IMG/VR virus record: IMGVR_UViG_3300023174_000203 | Span: 1 to 55,683 of that record | Reading direction: 5' to 3' (one strand) | Source of the DNA: a virus | Taxonomy: Duplodnaviria > Caudoviricetes | DNA length: 55,683 bases | Translations under genes and position numbers: made by a program | Part shown: piece by piece, positions 8,794-17,222 of the stretch | Numbering within the stretch: position 1 is the stretch's first letter | How the letters are laid out: each line of letters begins with the position of its first letter | Notes under the pieces: generated by a model | Databases searched by the model: none | The model's input: the letters and a program-made list of their open reading frames with translations, nothing else | Told to the model about the DNA's origin: nothing

Positions 8794-11640
8794 TTAGTCA
8801 TTATCAATAATCTTCAATTTTCGCTGTGCTTTAATATTACGCGAGATCAAATAATTAGATAGGTTATCAACATCCTTATCATTACCTGGACCTGGTTCTT
8901 GATTCAGGTTTTTAGGTAATGTTTGGAAACGTGGGTCATCAGCAAGATGCGCTGATGGTGGACGTTCAGTATTTCCACTTTGAGCATCTACGATCTTTCT
9001 GTATATATCAACAACATAACCATGCTCTGAATTGAGGTTCATATCACCAGCAAACTTCATTACTTTCATTGCTGCTAGTTTTGCTGCTGCAACATCTTCT
9101 GGAGTTGCAAACTTAGATACTTGAACTTTCTTCCAGATTCCAAATAGGTTATCTTGTTCTTGTGCAGCCATCGATGCCATGTTTGGATCAGTTCCTTTTG
9201 GAAGATTCATGTAAAGCTTTTGTGCTTCAGGACTTGTTTCAAAATGCTTTGAACGATATGAACCAACAAAGATCTGATCTTCAGGATCATTCTCCATTTG
9301 CTTACTCGAGCGAACTGTAGTGCTTGTCATTTTAGGTGCAGCTTTCATCTCTTTAAATGACATAATCTTTCTAACTTCAGGATGATGTTCAAATCCACCT
9401 AAACTCTCATTTGTTGTTTTTGCTCTAGCGTTTTGAAGCTGTCTTTTAAACCCTTGTGCTGTAGTACTGTCACCACGCTGAAGAGCACCTGCTATCTTTT
9501 TATGTATCGCAGCAGCAACGTGTTTACCCGCTTTAGCCATGGCTGCAGCAGCTCTTAGATGTGAAGCTGCATCTTCATTGATCTCTACTTCTTCTTTTCT
9601 AAGTGCATCGATCTCTTTCTGCTTTTGAGCAATTCTCTTCTTATACTCTTCAGGATCAGGTAGACCAGATTTCTTACGAAGTTCTTGATGACGACGATAC
9701 GCTTTTTCTGCAGCAGTTTCTTTAGGCATCTTAAAAGCTTCTTGAGCGCTCTTTAATGCATCTTTAGTTGGTGCACCTTTTGAACCTGGCTTACGCATAC
9801 GCTCACCTGAACCATTCTTAATACGTTCACGCTTGGCATGAATATTGGCCCAAAGACCAGCTTCATTAAGACCTTCTTTTTTCACCTTTGCCCATAGATC
9901 TGCATCAGCAGTTGTTCTTGTCTTACCACCAGATAAGAATGAATTTACTCGTGCAAATGCCCATTGTTGTGGTGTTGTTCCAGGACGGTGACTCGATTTA
10001 TATGCACCCATTCCACGCTTAAATACTTGCTTTAGAATACCAAGAGACACACCTGATTTTTCTGCTTTTTTCTTTAGACCATCAACAGCTTCTTCACTGA
10101 TCTCGGTCATCTCGATACGATCCATTACATTTTCAATGATCGTCAATAACTCATCGGTGTCATCTTTCTCTTCACCGATCATCTTCTTGAAGTTAGTATA
10201 GTTAGCACTTGCATTTTTAATGAATGCTAGTTTATCAGCGGGCTTCTTAAGCCCGAAATAATGATCGAGCGCTTTACGAGCTTGATCTGGTTTAATCATT
10301 ACTGCAGGACCTTGATCAAACGTAACATCCTTTTTACCATGCATTGAGATGGATTTTTGAAGTTGAATAATCAGATTCTGATCTGCTTCACGACCATTAT
10401 CTGGACCGTAATCCTCTTCACCATCTTCTTTAGCTTTTACTTTTGCTGCAGCTGCACGTTTAGCAAGCGTCTCAGGTTTAGCTGGACGACCGCGGCGTTT
10501 TACTTGCTGTGACATCTCTTTAAATGAAACCATTTCCATAATATCGTTTTCCTCTTTCACAGGCTTAATAGGTTGTGCTTTCATAGCTTGACCTAAATTA
10601 AATGATCTCAGTCTTTGAACTTCTTTCTTACGAACAGTAGGTAATAAACGTGATGCGATTCGCTTAATCAATGCTCCCTTTTTATCAATAGTCCTATCAA
10701 CTGCAATTTTATCTGATGGCGATAACTCATGATACTTAACACCTCTTTGACCTGCAAATCTCTTACGAGCAACATCTCTTGCCATTCTTTGCGCTCTAGC
10801 TTTTAACTTAGGAGTACCTGCTAATCTACGTTGTGCAAGTTGTTTGGCACGTAAAATCTTTGTCTTATACTTGCGCATAAGGATCTTACGCTTAATTCTT
10901 TGCTGAAGATTTAATACTGCTTCATTCAACAGACCTTCAGCTTCTAATTCGTTTTCCATCTCTTCACGAATATGCATCTCAACTTTTAATACGTTGAATA
11001 TCTCTGTAGCTACTGATTTAAGCTTAGATGGAAGACCTGACTTAAATGCCTTAATATCGTTCTCTCGTACTGCTTGTCTCATCTTAGACGCTGACATACC
11101 TGCTACTCCTTCTGCATCGGGATCACGCTCACCAGCGGATTCAACAACGATGCTATCAAAATTATATTCTTTTCCGTTATACTTGTTTAATAGTGAACTA
11201 AATTCATTCACACGATCTGAACCTACTACAACTGTAATATTTTTATATGTGTTCTCTAATTCTTTTAATACCTCAATAATAGTCTTTGCCTTTGAAACAT
11301 GCATAAGATCGCCAAATGCTTCGCGAGCATATTTCATCTTGTCTTTGTATGACAATGGATTCTTTTTACTATCTTGGGAGTGTGAGAGATATACTAGTGG
11401 TTTTGCTCTTTTACTTGCTGCAATCTTTTTGACTGCTTCCACTAGCTTTTGATGTCCTACAGTAGGAGGATTAAACCTACCGAAAGTTAGCACCACGGCG
11501 TTACCTGCTTGTTCGGCCACCTCGGATGGCACCTTTGGGTTTATTTCTATCTTATCAAGTTGCTTCTTACTAGTCGAAAAACCAGCTGAGGAGGCTTTTG
11601 GGGGAGTCTTTGACTTGTTTATTTCAATCTTCTTTTCCAT
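8794..11640 (-). CDS. 948 aa multidomain protein: HxGH-class nucleotidyl(cytidylyl)transferase plus C-terminal basic modules
   Basis: TFGRFNPPTVGH, VVGSDRV, SAGERDPD, MSASKMR; later GMGAYKSSHRPGTTPQQWAFARVNSF and GLWANIHAKR modules. Confidence 0.8.
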   Translation of the reverse strand: MEKKIEINKSKTPPKASSAGFSTSKKQLDKIEINPKVPSEVAEQAGNAVVLTFGRFNPPTVGHQKLVEAVKKIAASKRAKPLVYLSHSQDSKKNPLSYKDKMKYAREAFGDLMHVSKAKTIIEVLKELENTYKNITVVVGSDRVNEFSSLLNKYNGKEYNFDSIVVESAGERDPDAEGVAGMSASKMRQAVRENDIKAFKSGLPSKLKSVATEIFNVLKVEMHIREEMENELEAEGLLNEAVLNLQQRIKRKILMRKYKTKILRAKQLAQRRLAGTPKLKARAQRMARDVARKRFAGQRGVKYHELSPSDKIAVDRTIDKKGALIKRIASRLLPTVRKKEVQRLRSFNLGQAMKAQPIKPVKEENDIMEMVSFKEMSQQVKRRGRPAKPETLAKRAAAAKVKAKEDGEEDYGPDNGREADQNLIIQLQKSISMHGKKDVTFDQGPAVMIKPDQARKALDHYFGLKKPADKLAFIKNASANYTNFKKMIGEEKDDTDELLTIIENVMDRIEMTEISEEAVDGLKKKAEKSGVSLGILKQVFKRGMGAYKSSHRPGTTPQQWAFARVNSFLSGGKTRTTADADLWAKVKKEGLNEAGLWANIHAKRERIKNGSGERMRKPGSKGAPTKDALKSAQEAFKMPKETAAEKAYRRHQELRKKSGLPDPEEYKKRIAQKQKEIDALRKEEVEINEDAASHLRAAAAMAKAGKHVAAAIHKKIAGALQRGDSTTAQGFKRQLQNARAKTTNESLGGFEHHPEVRKIMSFKEMKAAPKMTSTTVRSSKQMENDPEDQIFVGSYRSKHFETSPEAQKLYMNLPKGTDPNMASMAAQEQDNLFGIWKKVQVSKFATPEDVAAAKLAAMKVMKFAGDMNLNSEHGYVVDIYRKIVDAQSGNTERPPSAHLADDPRFQTLPKNLNQEPGPGNDKDVDNLSNYLISRNIKAQRKLKIIDND

Positions 11641-11699
11641 TGGAGTTTACCTTAGTCTTATCCGAACAATACAGGGTTGCCGTGGCCTAACTGTAATTC

Positions 11700-11707
11700 T
11701 ATTTATA
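11700..11707 (-). promoter_or_regulatory. T4-type late promoter TATAAATA
   Basis: Exact consensus upstream of the CDS starting at 11640. Confidence 0.8.
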
Positions 11708-11713
11708 ATATTT

Positions 11714-12948
11714 CTATCTCTGCCAACCTTTAATTATATCAGGTGAAAAGTTGGCACGACTGAATTCTAAACGATCTACGATCTTAACTGCACCACCTGT
11801 TAGATGATCAATAGCAACAAAACCTTCGACTCCAGTAGTCTTGAATCCTGATGCAGTTTTTAAGAACGTCTTAATATGTCCTGCTGAGTTCATCTTATTG
11901 ATAATCATATTTTTTGCATCGATGATCAGATTTGCTAGATCGAATATTTGAGCAATGTCGGTCTTATCATGGTCAATAAAGAACTTTAATACTTTCTTTC
12001 TAGCTGCTTCTTGTGTTGCTTTTCCAGCCTCTGTCTTCTTCTTATCCATCTCTTTTTGATAGCGATCATGGATAAAATTATAGAGATCATTTACATGCTT
12101 ATTTGTGTTAGTGATCTTCTCTGAATTCCTGATCTTAGAGTTATTAAACATCTTTACCATGTTTAACAGATCGTTATCCTGATGGATTGCGTTAATTGTA
12201 CCTGATGTAGTTGCATTAAACAACTTACCGATCTTTGATAAGATTGCAGTTAATTCGGCAGTCTCTGTTGCAGTAAATGTTGCAGTGCCAGAATAATCTT
12301 TATAGTTAGCATCATCCATCCATACAGACTTCACATGCTTTAAGTTTGCAATAATACTTTTACCAAATGATGCTTTCATTGTCTCGAGAGTATCACCTTC
12401 ATACGTAGTATGCCATACGACACCCACATTTGCAGCATTAATCATTTTAGCAAGTGCACTATTAGCTGGAACGGCATAGACGATCGTATTAGGATGAAAA
12501 GTAATATAGTCTTCTTCACCTATAGTAGCAGTCTTAACATCACCTTTAGTGAACATCATATCGCCTTGATATACTCCGCTCTTGATTCCAAGTTTAGAGA
12601 ATTCTTTTAACGCGACTTTAAACTTTGTATTCAGATCTCCACTTAGATTGGCATCGATGTCTTTATCGGTCTTATAGACTTCAGGATTCTTATTGAAGAT
12701 TCCTTTTTTTGCAACGAAGAACTTACCATCTGCAGGATCGACACCAGCAAATATAGCAGGAGCACCATCCCATTTTACAGTAGCAGCAACTTTAGTCTTT
12801 GTTTGACCAGCAAGCATGTCACGAAGATCACGTAGGAAGTTAATCGCTTTACGAGTTCCATCAACACCCTCATTGAAGATGAGATCTTCTAAAGATGCTC
12901 CATATGAACGTTCTTTTGTTCAACAATATGATCTTTAAACTTTAGCAT
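11714..12948 (-). CDS. Ligase-like KxDG nucleotidyltransferase (DUF6267-like), interrupted by a 2-nt frameshift at 12890-12891
   Basis: GGAGG SD and ATG 12948 give MLKFKDHIVEQKNVHMEHL-stop; removing 2 nt continues EDLIFNEGVDG... into the 367 aa ORF with VKWDGAP, QGDMMF, EGFV, KIVDR (410 aa in total). Confidence 0.8.
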
Positions 12949-13589
12949 ACAGAGCCCTCCTTTCTTTCTTTTCTAGGTTTCATTTTCCCGCGTCCTTTTA
13001 CATATCCTTCTGGTTGAGTTCCTTCAGTAACATATATTGAAGTTTCACCATTATTATACCACTTTAGATTCTTTTCCTTAACTGCGCTTCTTCCATACAT
13101 TGGGTTATTATTTCCAGACACATCATGACCATGCATGTTTTTTACTCTATCTCTTCTTTGTTCTTCTGTTAAACTGTCCCAATGTTTCTTAACTTGTTTA
13201 GAAGTTGACTTCCCATACATTGGATTATTTTTTCCAGTCTTATCTACAGTTTTCATATATGAATTTCTAGATTTTCTTTCGTCCTCAGTTAAAAATGACC
13301 AATACTTTTTAACAGTTTCCGGGTTGCCTCCATAACCGCCTTCAGACAAATTATAAAATTCTTCTGAATTTACTGCATCATATAATTCTATCCATTTTCT
13401 TTCGGCTCTAGATACTTCTTCTATACTTAAACATTCTTCTAAAATAATCTTTTCAAAATTTTGTTTTCCATATTTTTTAATTGCTGCTAGTATTAATGGT
13501 CCTGATCCAAGATAAGAATCATCATTTCGTGTTGAATACCCAATATACTTTTTACCGTTTATTTTATTTGTCGTCAAATATACATGCAT
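12942..13589 (-). mobile_element. Free-standing GIY-YIG homing endonuclease (Seg-like) with NUMOD3 repeats
   Basis: HVY...KKYIG, YLGSG, E..WI, FYN motifs; two G.NNPMYG repeats; own late promoter and AGGAGG SD. Confidence 0.9.
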
Positions 13590-13607
13590 AGTTTCCTCCT
13601 ATACAAG

Positions 13608-13635
13608 TATTTATAATTATGAACATCTTGAAGAT
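13608..13635 (-). promoter_or_regulatory. Late promoter TATAAATA (13608-13615) with adjacent putative operator mimicking the target site (13618-13635)
   Basis: Plus-strand GAACATCTTGAAGAT matches the uninterrupted version of GAGCATCTT(TA)GAAGAT in the neighbouring gene. Confidence 0.65.
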
Positions 13636-14240
13636 TATTTTATTGTCTTTATACTTCCATCAGGTTTTGCAAAGTAAGCTTCAAACTTAATCTTTGGGAA
13701 TGAATTCTTTAACTTTAAGAACTCTTTTAGATTACTCATCGCATCATCGAACAATCTTACTTTACTAAATTGACCTGTACTTAAATAATTATGAATGATG
13801 ATAGCTTTTTTGTGTGCAGGCATCATATCACCACTAATATTACCTGCACGTTCTACTCGAACTTTACCGATATCAAATTTGTGTTTACTAAATGTTTCTA
13901 AGAATCGATCTTTGTTATCGAAGTTTGCTCGTGCAGTAACTATCACTACACGACTCTTTGCATTTCTTGTTGATCGATCTAAGATGATCTTTGCTTTAGT
14001 CAACATCCTATTAATTGGCTCAGATTCTTTGTAGAACTTTTCTGCATCTCTAAATTCTGAGAAGTCGAATGACTCTCCATTTTCAAGTTTATATACATTG
14101 AACTCATTGTTCGTTAAACTCTTGATCTTCTTACCATCTTTAACAACTGCGATCTTTGCAGTCGTGTGGAACAACGTATCATCAATATCGAATATTGATA
14201 ATGTACCTAATTTACTGTTGTATTCTTTGAAACTTAACAT
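13635..14240 (-). CDS. HAD-family phosphatase (PseT/polynucleotide 3'-phosphatase-like)
   Basis: IFDIDDT motif I, VTAR motif II, K, FDD motif IV. Confidence 0.8.
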   Translation of the reverse strand: MLSFKEYNSKLGTLSIFDIDDTLFHTTAKIAVVKDGKKIKSLTNNEFNVYKLENGESFDFSEFRDAEKFYKESEPINRMLTKAKIILDRSTRNAKSRVVIVTARANFDNKDRFLETFSKHKFDIGKVRVERAGNISGDMMPAHKKAIIIHNYLSTGQFSKVRLFDDAMSNLKEFLKLKNSFPKIKFEAYFAKPDGSIKTIK

Positions 14241-14265
14241 ATTTCCTTTTTTATTCTATAAGGAT

Positions 14266-14329
14266 ATTATACCATATTTCTAGTCATTTGTACACTGTTT
14301 ATTTTTGACAATGTGTACGGAATGATACA
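14266..14329 (-). promoter_or_regulatory. Promoter TGTACA-N17-TATAAT with upstream imperfect palindrome
   Basis: TATAAT 14271-14266, TGTACA 14294-14289, TGTACGGAATGATACA 14314-14329; same architecture at 37639-37701. Confidence 0.75.
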
Positions 14330-14351
14330 GTTTCATTTTGATAACTAGTTA

Positions 14352-15074
14352 TCATTTAAGAAATGGATTCTTTTTAGTAGTTCCAGGCTTAACAGAATAA
14401 TCGCTCTTTGGCATATCCATAATTTTAATCTCAGCTTGTACTTCATAGAACTCTGAACGAGTAGAAATACGAACCTTAAAGTCTCCAGTACCTTTTAATA
14501 AAGGAATAGTTACACCCAATTTAAATGGATCAACATTTGAGATTCTATAGAAGTCATCTCCTGCCTGCATATAATATGCAGGTTGTGCTTTACCTTTAAT
14601 ATAATGATCTGTTACCACTTTACCTAGATCCATCTTTTCTTTATTAGCAATGTAGCGATTAATGCCAGGCTGATCAAAATACTTCTTCATTACCATAAGT
14701 GGTACAGCTCCTGGTTCTTTTAACCCGCTTTTAGTTGTTGGAATCTTTAAGCTCTTAAAAGGAATTCCTGAATACTTCGCAATAGCTTTTAGGAATGCTT
14801 CAGTCTGTGTAGAACTATTAAGAATATCGACTGCCGCTTTTGCAGATGGAGTTTTATATGTAGTTTGCCATTTGCCATTTTCATAAAATACACGAGGATT
14901 AGATAGATTGTCAGTATGGTTCATCTTGACTTCCATCCAGTGTTCAAGTTTCTTATATTTAATCAATACGTCTGCGTATGCAGTATCTCCTGGAGGACGT
15001 GTAGCTTTCACTCCTGGGATTTTATTGACATTATCTGCTACATCTTTTTCATATTTGTCTGATGCTGCACTCAT
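14352..15074 (-). CDS. PD-(D/E)XK-fold nuclease-like protein
   Basis: N-terminal helix with YE, then YADV...WMEVK catalytic-like motif. Confidence 0.6.
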   Translation of the reverse strand: MSAASDKYEKDVADNVNKIPGVKATRPPGDTAYADVLIKYKKLEHWMEVKMNHTDNLSNPRVFYENGKWQTTYKTPSAKAAVDILNSSTQTEAFLKAIAKYSGIPFKSLKIPTTKSGLKEPGAVPLMVMKKYFDQPGINRYIANKEKMDLGKVVTDHYIKGKAQPAYYMQAGDDFYRISNVDPFKLGVTIPLLKGTGDFKVRISTRSEFYEVQAEIKIMDMPKSDYSVKPGTTKKNPFLK

Positions 15075-15099
15075 GGTATCTCCATAAACGTTAACTAAG

Positions 15100-15107
15100 T
15101 ATTTATA
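15100..15107 (-). promoter_or_regulatory. T4-type late promoter TATAAATA
   Basis: Exact consensus ahead of GGAG SD and ATG 15074. Confidence 0.8.
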
Positions 15108-15113
15108 GAAAAT

Positions 15114-15137
15114 AAAAAAGGGAGCCGAAGCTCCCTT
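15114..15137 (-). terminator. Rho-independent terminator
   Basis: AAGGGAGC-TTCG-GCTCCCTT followed by T run. Confidence 0.9.
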
Positions 15138-15146
15138 AATGATATA

Positions 15147-15317
15147 TTACATTTTCTGGCATTTACCTTCAACCTTAAATTTTTCAAACTTTAACCAGTA
15201 CGTCATAGATTGTAGAGCCTGCTCACACTGTTGCTGTGTTTGGAATTGTAAATTAATTTTTCCTGGTATATCATTTGGATTGGTCACGTGGACCGCTATC
15301 AATATCATCAACCACAT
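15147..15317 (-). CDS. Small 56 aa protein (not in ORF track)
   Basis: AGGAG SD; MWLMILIAV...F.TQQQCEQA...GKCQKM with a Cys pair, possibly exported. Confidence 0.7.
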   Translation of the reverse strand: MWLMILIAVHVTNPNDIPGKINLQFQTQQQCEQALQSMTYWLKFEKFKVEGKCQKM

Positions 15318-16068
15318 TGTCGTTCTCCTGTGTCCATGTTACTATTTCCCATGATCCATCATGATGCTCAACTAATGCTGTCATTGATTCTACCCAATCT
15401 CCATCATTCATATAAGTCACACCATCAATCTCTTTAATCTCTGCATGGTGTATGTGACCACATATTACTCCATCATAACCTTTCTTTTTACAATGTGCAG
15501 CTAGATTTTTCTCAAATTGAAACATAAAATCTACTGCCTTTTTTACTTTGTGCTTAAGAAAGCGGCTAAGACTAAAGTAGCCAAAACCCATTCTATGTGA
15601 GATCCAATTAAATTTGCTATTAACTGATAAGATAAAGTCATATGCTTTATCTCCTAAAAAAGATAACCATGGTGCTAATCTTGTGATACCATCAAATAGA
15701 TCGCCGTGCGTAACAAGATAATGCTTACCATCAACACCAATATGTTCAATTTGGTTTGTAATCTCTATCATACCAAAATTTAAATTATATTGTAAGTATG
15801 GTCGTAAAAATTCATCATGATTACCAACTACGTAAATTACTTTAGTACCACATTTAGCATGACTTAATATTTTACGAACTACATTAGTATGACTTTGTTT
15901 CCAACGCCATTTGTTTTGTTTGATTTTCCATGCATCAATTATATCACCAACAAGATATAATGTCTCACACGTATTATGTTTAAGGAAATTATTAAGTTGT
16001 CCAGCTTTGCAGTCTTTAGTGCCAAGGTGAACGTCTGAGATGAAAATGCTACGGTAGGTTTTATCCAT
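15271..16068 (-). CDS. Metallophosphoesterase, PlcP-like phospholipase C (LpxH-like family)
   Basis: SDVHLG, GDIID, GNHDE, HGD, CGHIH and C-terminal YMNDGDWVES. Confidence 0.8.
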   Translation of the reverse strand: MDKTYRSIFISDVHLGTKDCKAGQLNNFLKHNTCETLYLVGDIIDAWKIKQNKWRWKQSHTNVVRKILSHAKCGTKVIYVVGNHDEFLRPYLQYNLNFGMIEITNQIEHIGVDGKHYLVTHGDLFDGITRLAPWLSFLGDKAYDFILSVNSKFNWISHRMGFGYFSLSRFLKHKVKKAVDFMFQFEKNLAAHCKKKGYDGVICGHIHHAEIKEIDGVTYMNDGDWVESMTALVEHHDGSWEIVTWTQENDNVVDDIDSGPRDQSK

Positions 16069-16144
16069 TAGAGGTCTGGTTACGGATCCAGAGTCACCAT
16101 ATGTGCGTGACCGATTTTATTTTTGCAGGTTTAATATCTATAAT

Positions 16145-16173
16145 TTTACAGCTTTGAAACAGAAATGTAACAA
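16145..16173 (-). promoter_or_regulatory. Pho-box-like 11-bp direct repeats
   Basis: TTGTTAC-N4-CTGTTTC-N4-CTGTAAA upstream of the PlcP-like gene. Confidence 0.5.
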
Positions 16174-16186
16174 ACTGCAGAAAATA

Positions 16187-16738
16187 TTATGCTTGAGTAT
16201 TTGCCGTATACCATTCAGGTACAGAGCGGTTTTTCCATTCTGCAAGATGTGATTTATTATTTACATAATAATTACGGTAAGAAGCAACTGAATTACCAGC
16301 AACCTTTACATCGTCTGGCATTGCTGGTGTCGGTTCAGTGAATGGCTTCTGTGGAATATTATTTGGAACTCTAGCTAGTGCCATTTCTAGTCTAGAACAT
16401 GCATGCACTTTACCATAACGATACGTATATTCATCTAAGCATGCTTGATACAAACTAAATAGCCAATCATAATTTTTATCAGACTGTCTTACCCAAATAG
16501 CTGAAGGGTGGTTGATATGAGTGGCACTATAAAGCACATCATCACGATTATCAGCCAGTATATATGCAGTTCGTTTTCTGGCATTTGTAGCTCCGCGTAC
16601 AACAGTGGGAGTACCATCAAGAACCCGATGAGCAGTAGAAAGAAGTTGAGCATATTCAAGAATCATCTTTACGCAGTGTTTATCAACGTGCATTTCTGCA
16701 CATACCTTTGGATCATTATGTAAGTAGAAAATATTAAT
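16187..16738 (-). CDS. Pyrimidine-dimer glycosylase/DenV-like protein; probable ATT start
   Basis: AGGAG-N6-ATT AAT ATT TTC TAC gives (M)NIFYL...DKHCVKMILEYAQLLSTAH, HINHPS, YRYGKVH, YRNYY. Confidence 0.75.
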   Translation of the reverse strand: MNIFYLHNDPKVCAEMHVDKHCVKMILEYAQLLSTAHRVLDGTPTVVRGATNARKRTAYILADNRDDVLYSATHINHPSAIWVRQSDKNYDWLFSLYQACLDEYTYRYGKVHACSRLEMALARVPNNIPQKPFTEPTPAMPDDVKVAGNSVASYRNYYVNNKSHLAEWKNRSVPEWYTANTQA

Positions 16739-16755
16739 TTTTAACTCCTGATTAC

Positions 16756-17046
16756 TTATGTCAATAACATACGGGTTAAACCAATAAAATCAATAGTTAC
16801 AAGCAAACAGTAATTAGCGAGCATGCCAAATGATTTCCTACTAAAAGCAGCCCAAGCATACAAACCACACCCAGTAATCCACACAGGATAAAGAAAGAGT
16901 AACGGAGGATTTGGTACCGTAAGTGCCATTGTAATACTACAGCCAATACTAATCCCCCAAGCCAACAACTCAACAATAAAACGGTTACGATTAGAGCGCC
17001 AATCATTTTTTATCCAATCAAAAATGCCATAAAATAAATCGTTCAT
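16756..17046 (-). CDS. Small membrane protein
   Basis: About three hydrophobic helices. Confidence 0.75.
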   Translation of the reverse strand: MNDLFYGIFDWIKNDWRSNRNRFIVELLAWGISIGCSITMALTVPNPPLLFLYPVWITGCGLYAWAAFSRKSFGMLANYCLLVTIDFIGLTRMLLT

Positions 17047-17222
17047 TAAAAATCCGTATTCAATACTAGTTTAACTTCTAAAAATAAAAATCTAACAGTC
17101 CAATTTTGCTCTTGCACACAACAATCAAAACCATGAAGAACATTCGGCATAATATGCCACTGAAAAGGATTCACTATCAAAGTGAACCATAATCCACTAT
17201 AATGAGCCCATGCAGTTTTCAT
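17046..17222 (-). CDS. Small 58 aa protein (not in ORF track)
   Basis: MKTAWAHYSGLWF...; translationally coupled at both ends (ATGA, TAATG). Confidence 0.65.
   Translation of the reverse strand: MKTAWAHYSGLWFTLIVNPFQWHIMPNVLHGFDCCVQEQNWTVRFLFLEVKLVLNTDF

Noticed and set aside
12889-12891. TAG stop-codon reassignment
   Set aside because: Read-through stays in the wrong frame, and TAG terminates other genes here (e.g. at 1589 and 11714).
12942-13635. Group I intron housing the GIY-YIG ORF
   Set aside because: Flanks are under 50 nt or overlap the next gene, leaving no room for a ribozyme core; the neighbours are separate genes.
15271-16068. True LpxH of lipid A synthesis
   Set aside because: GNHD rather than GNRD, and the C-terminal motifs fit the PlcP-like group better.
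16093-16112. c-di-GMP-I riboswitch (GGTCACGCACA resemblance)
   Set aside because: The GCAAA/GNRA and receptor elements are absent.
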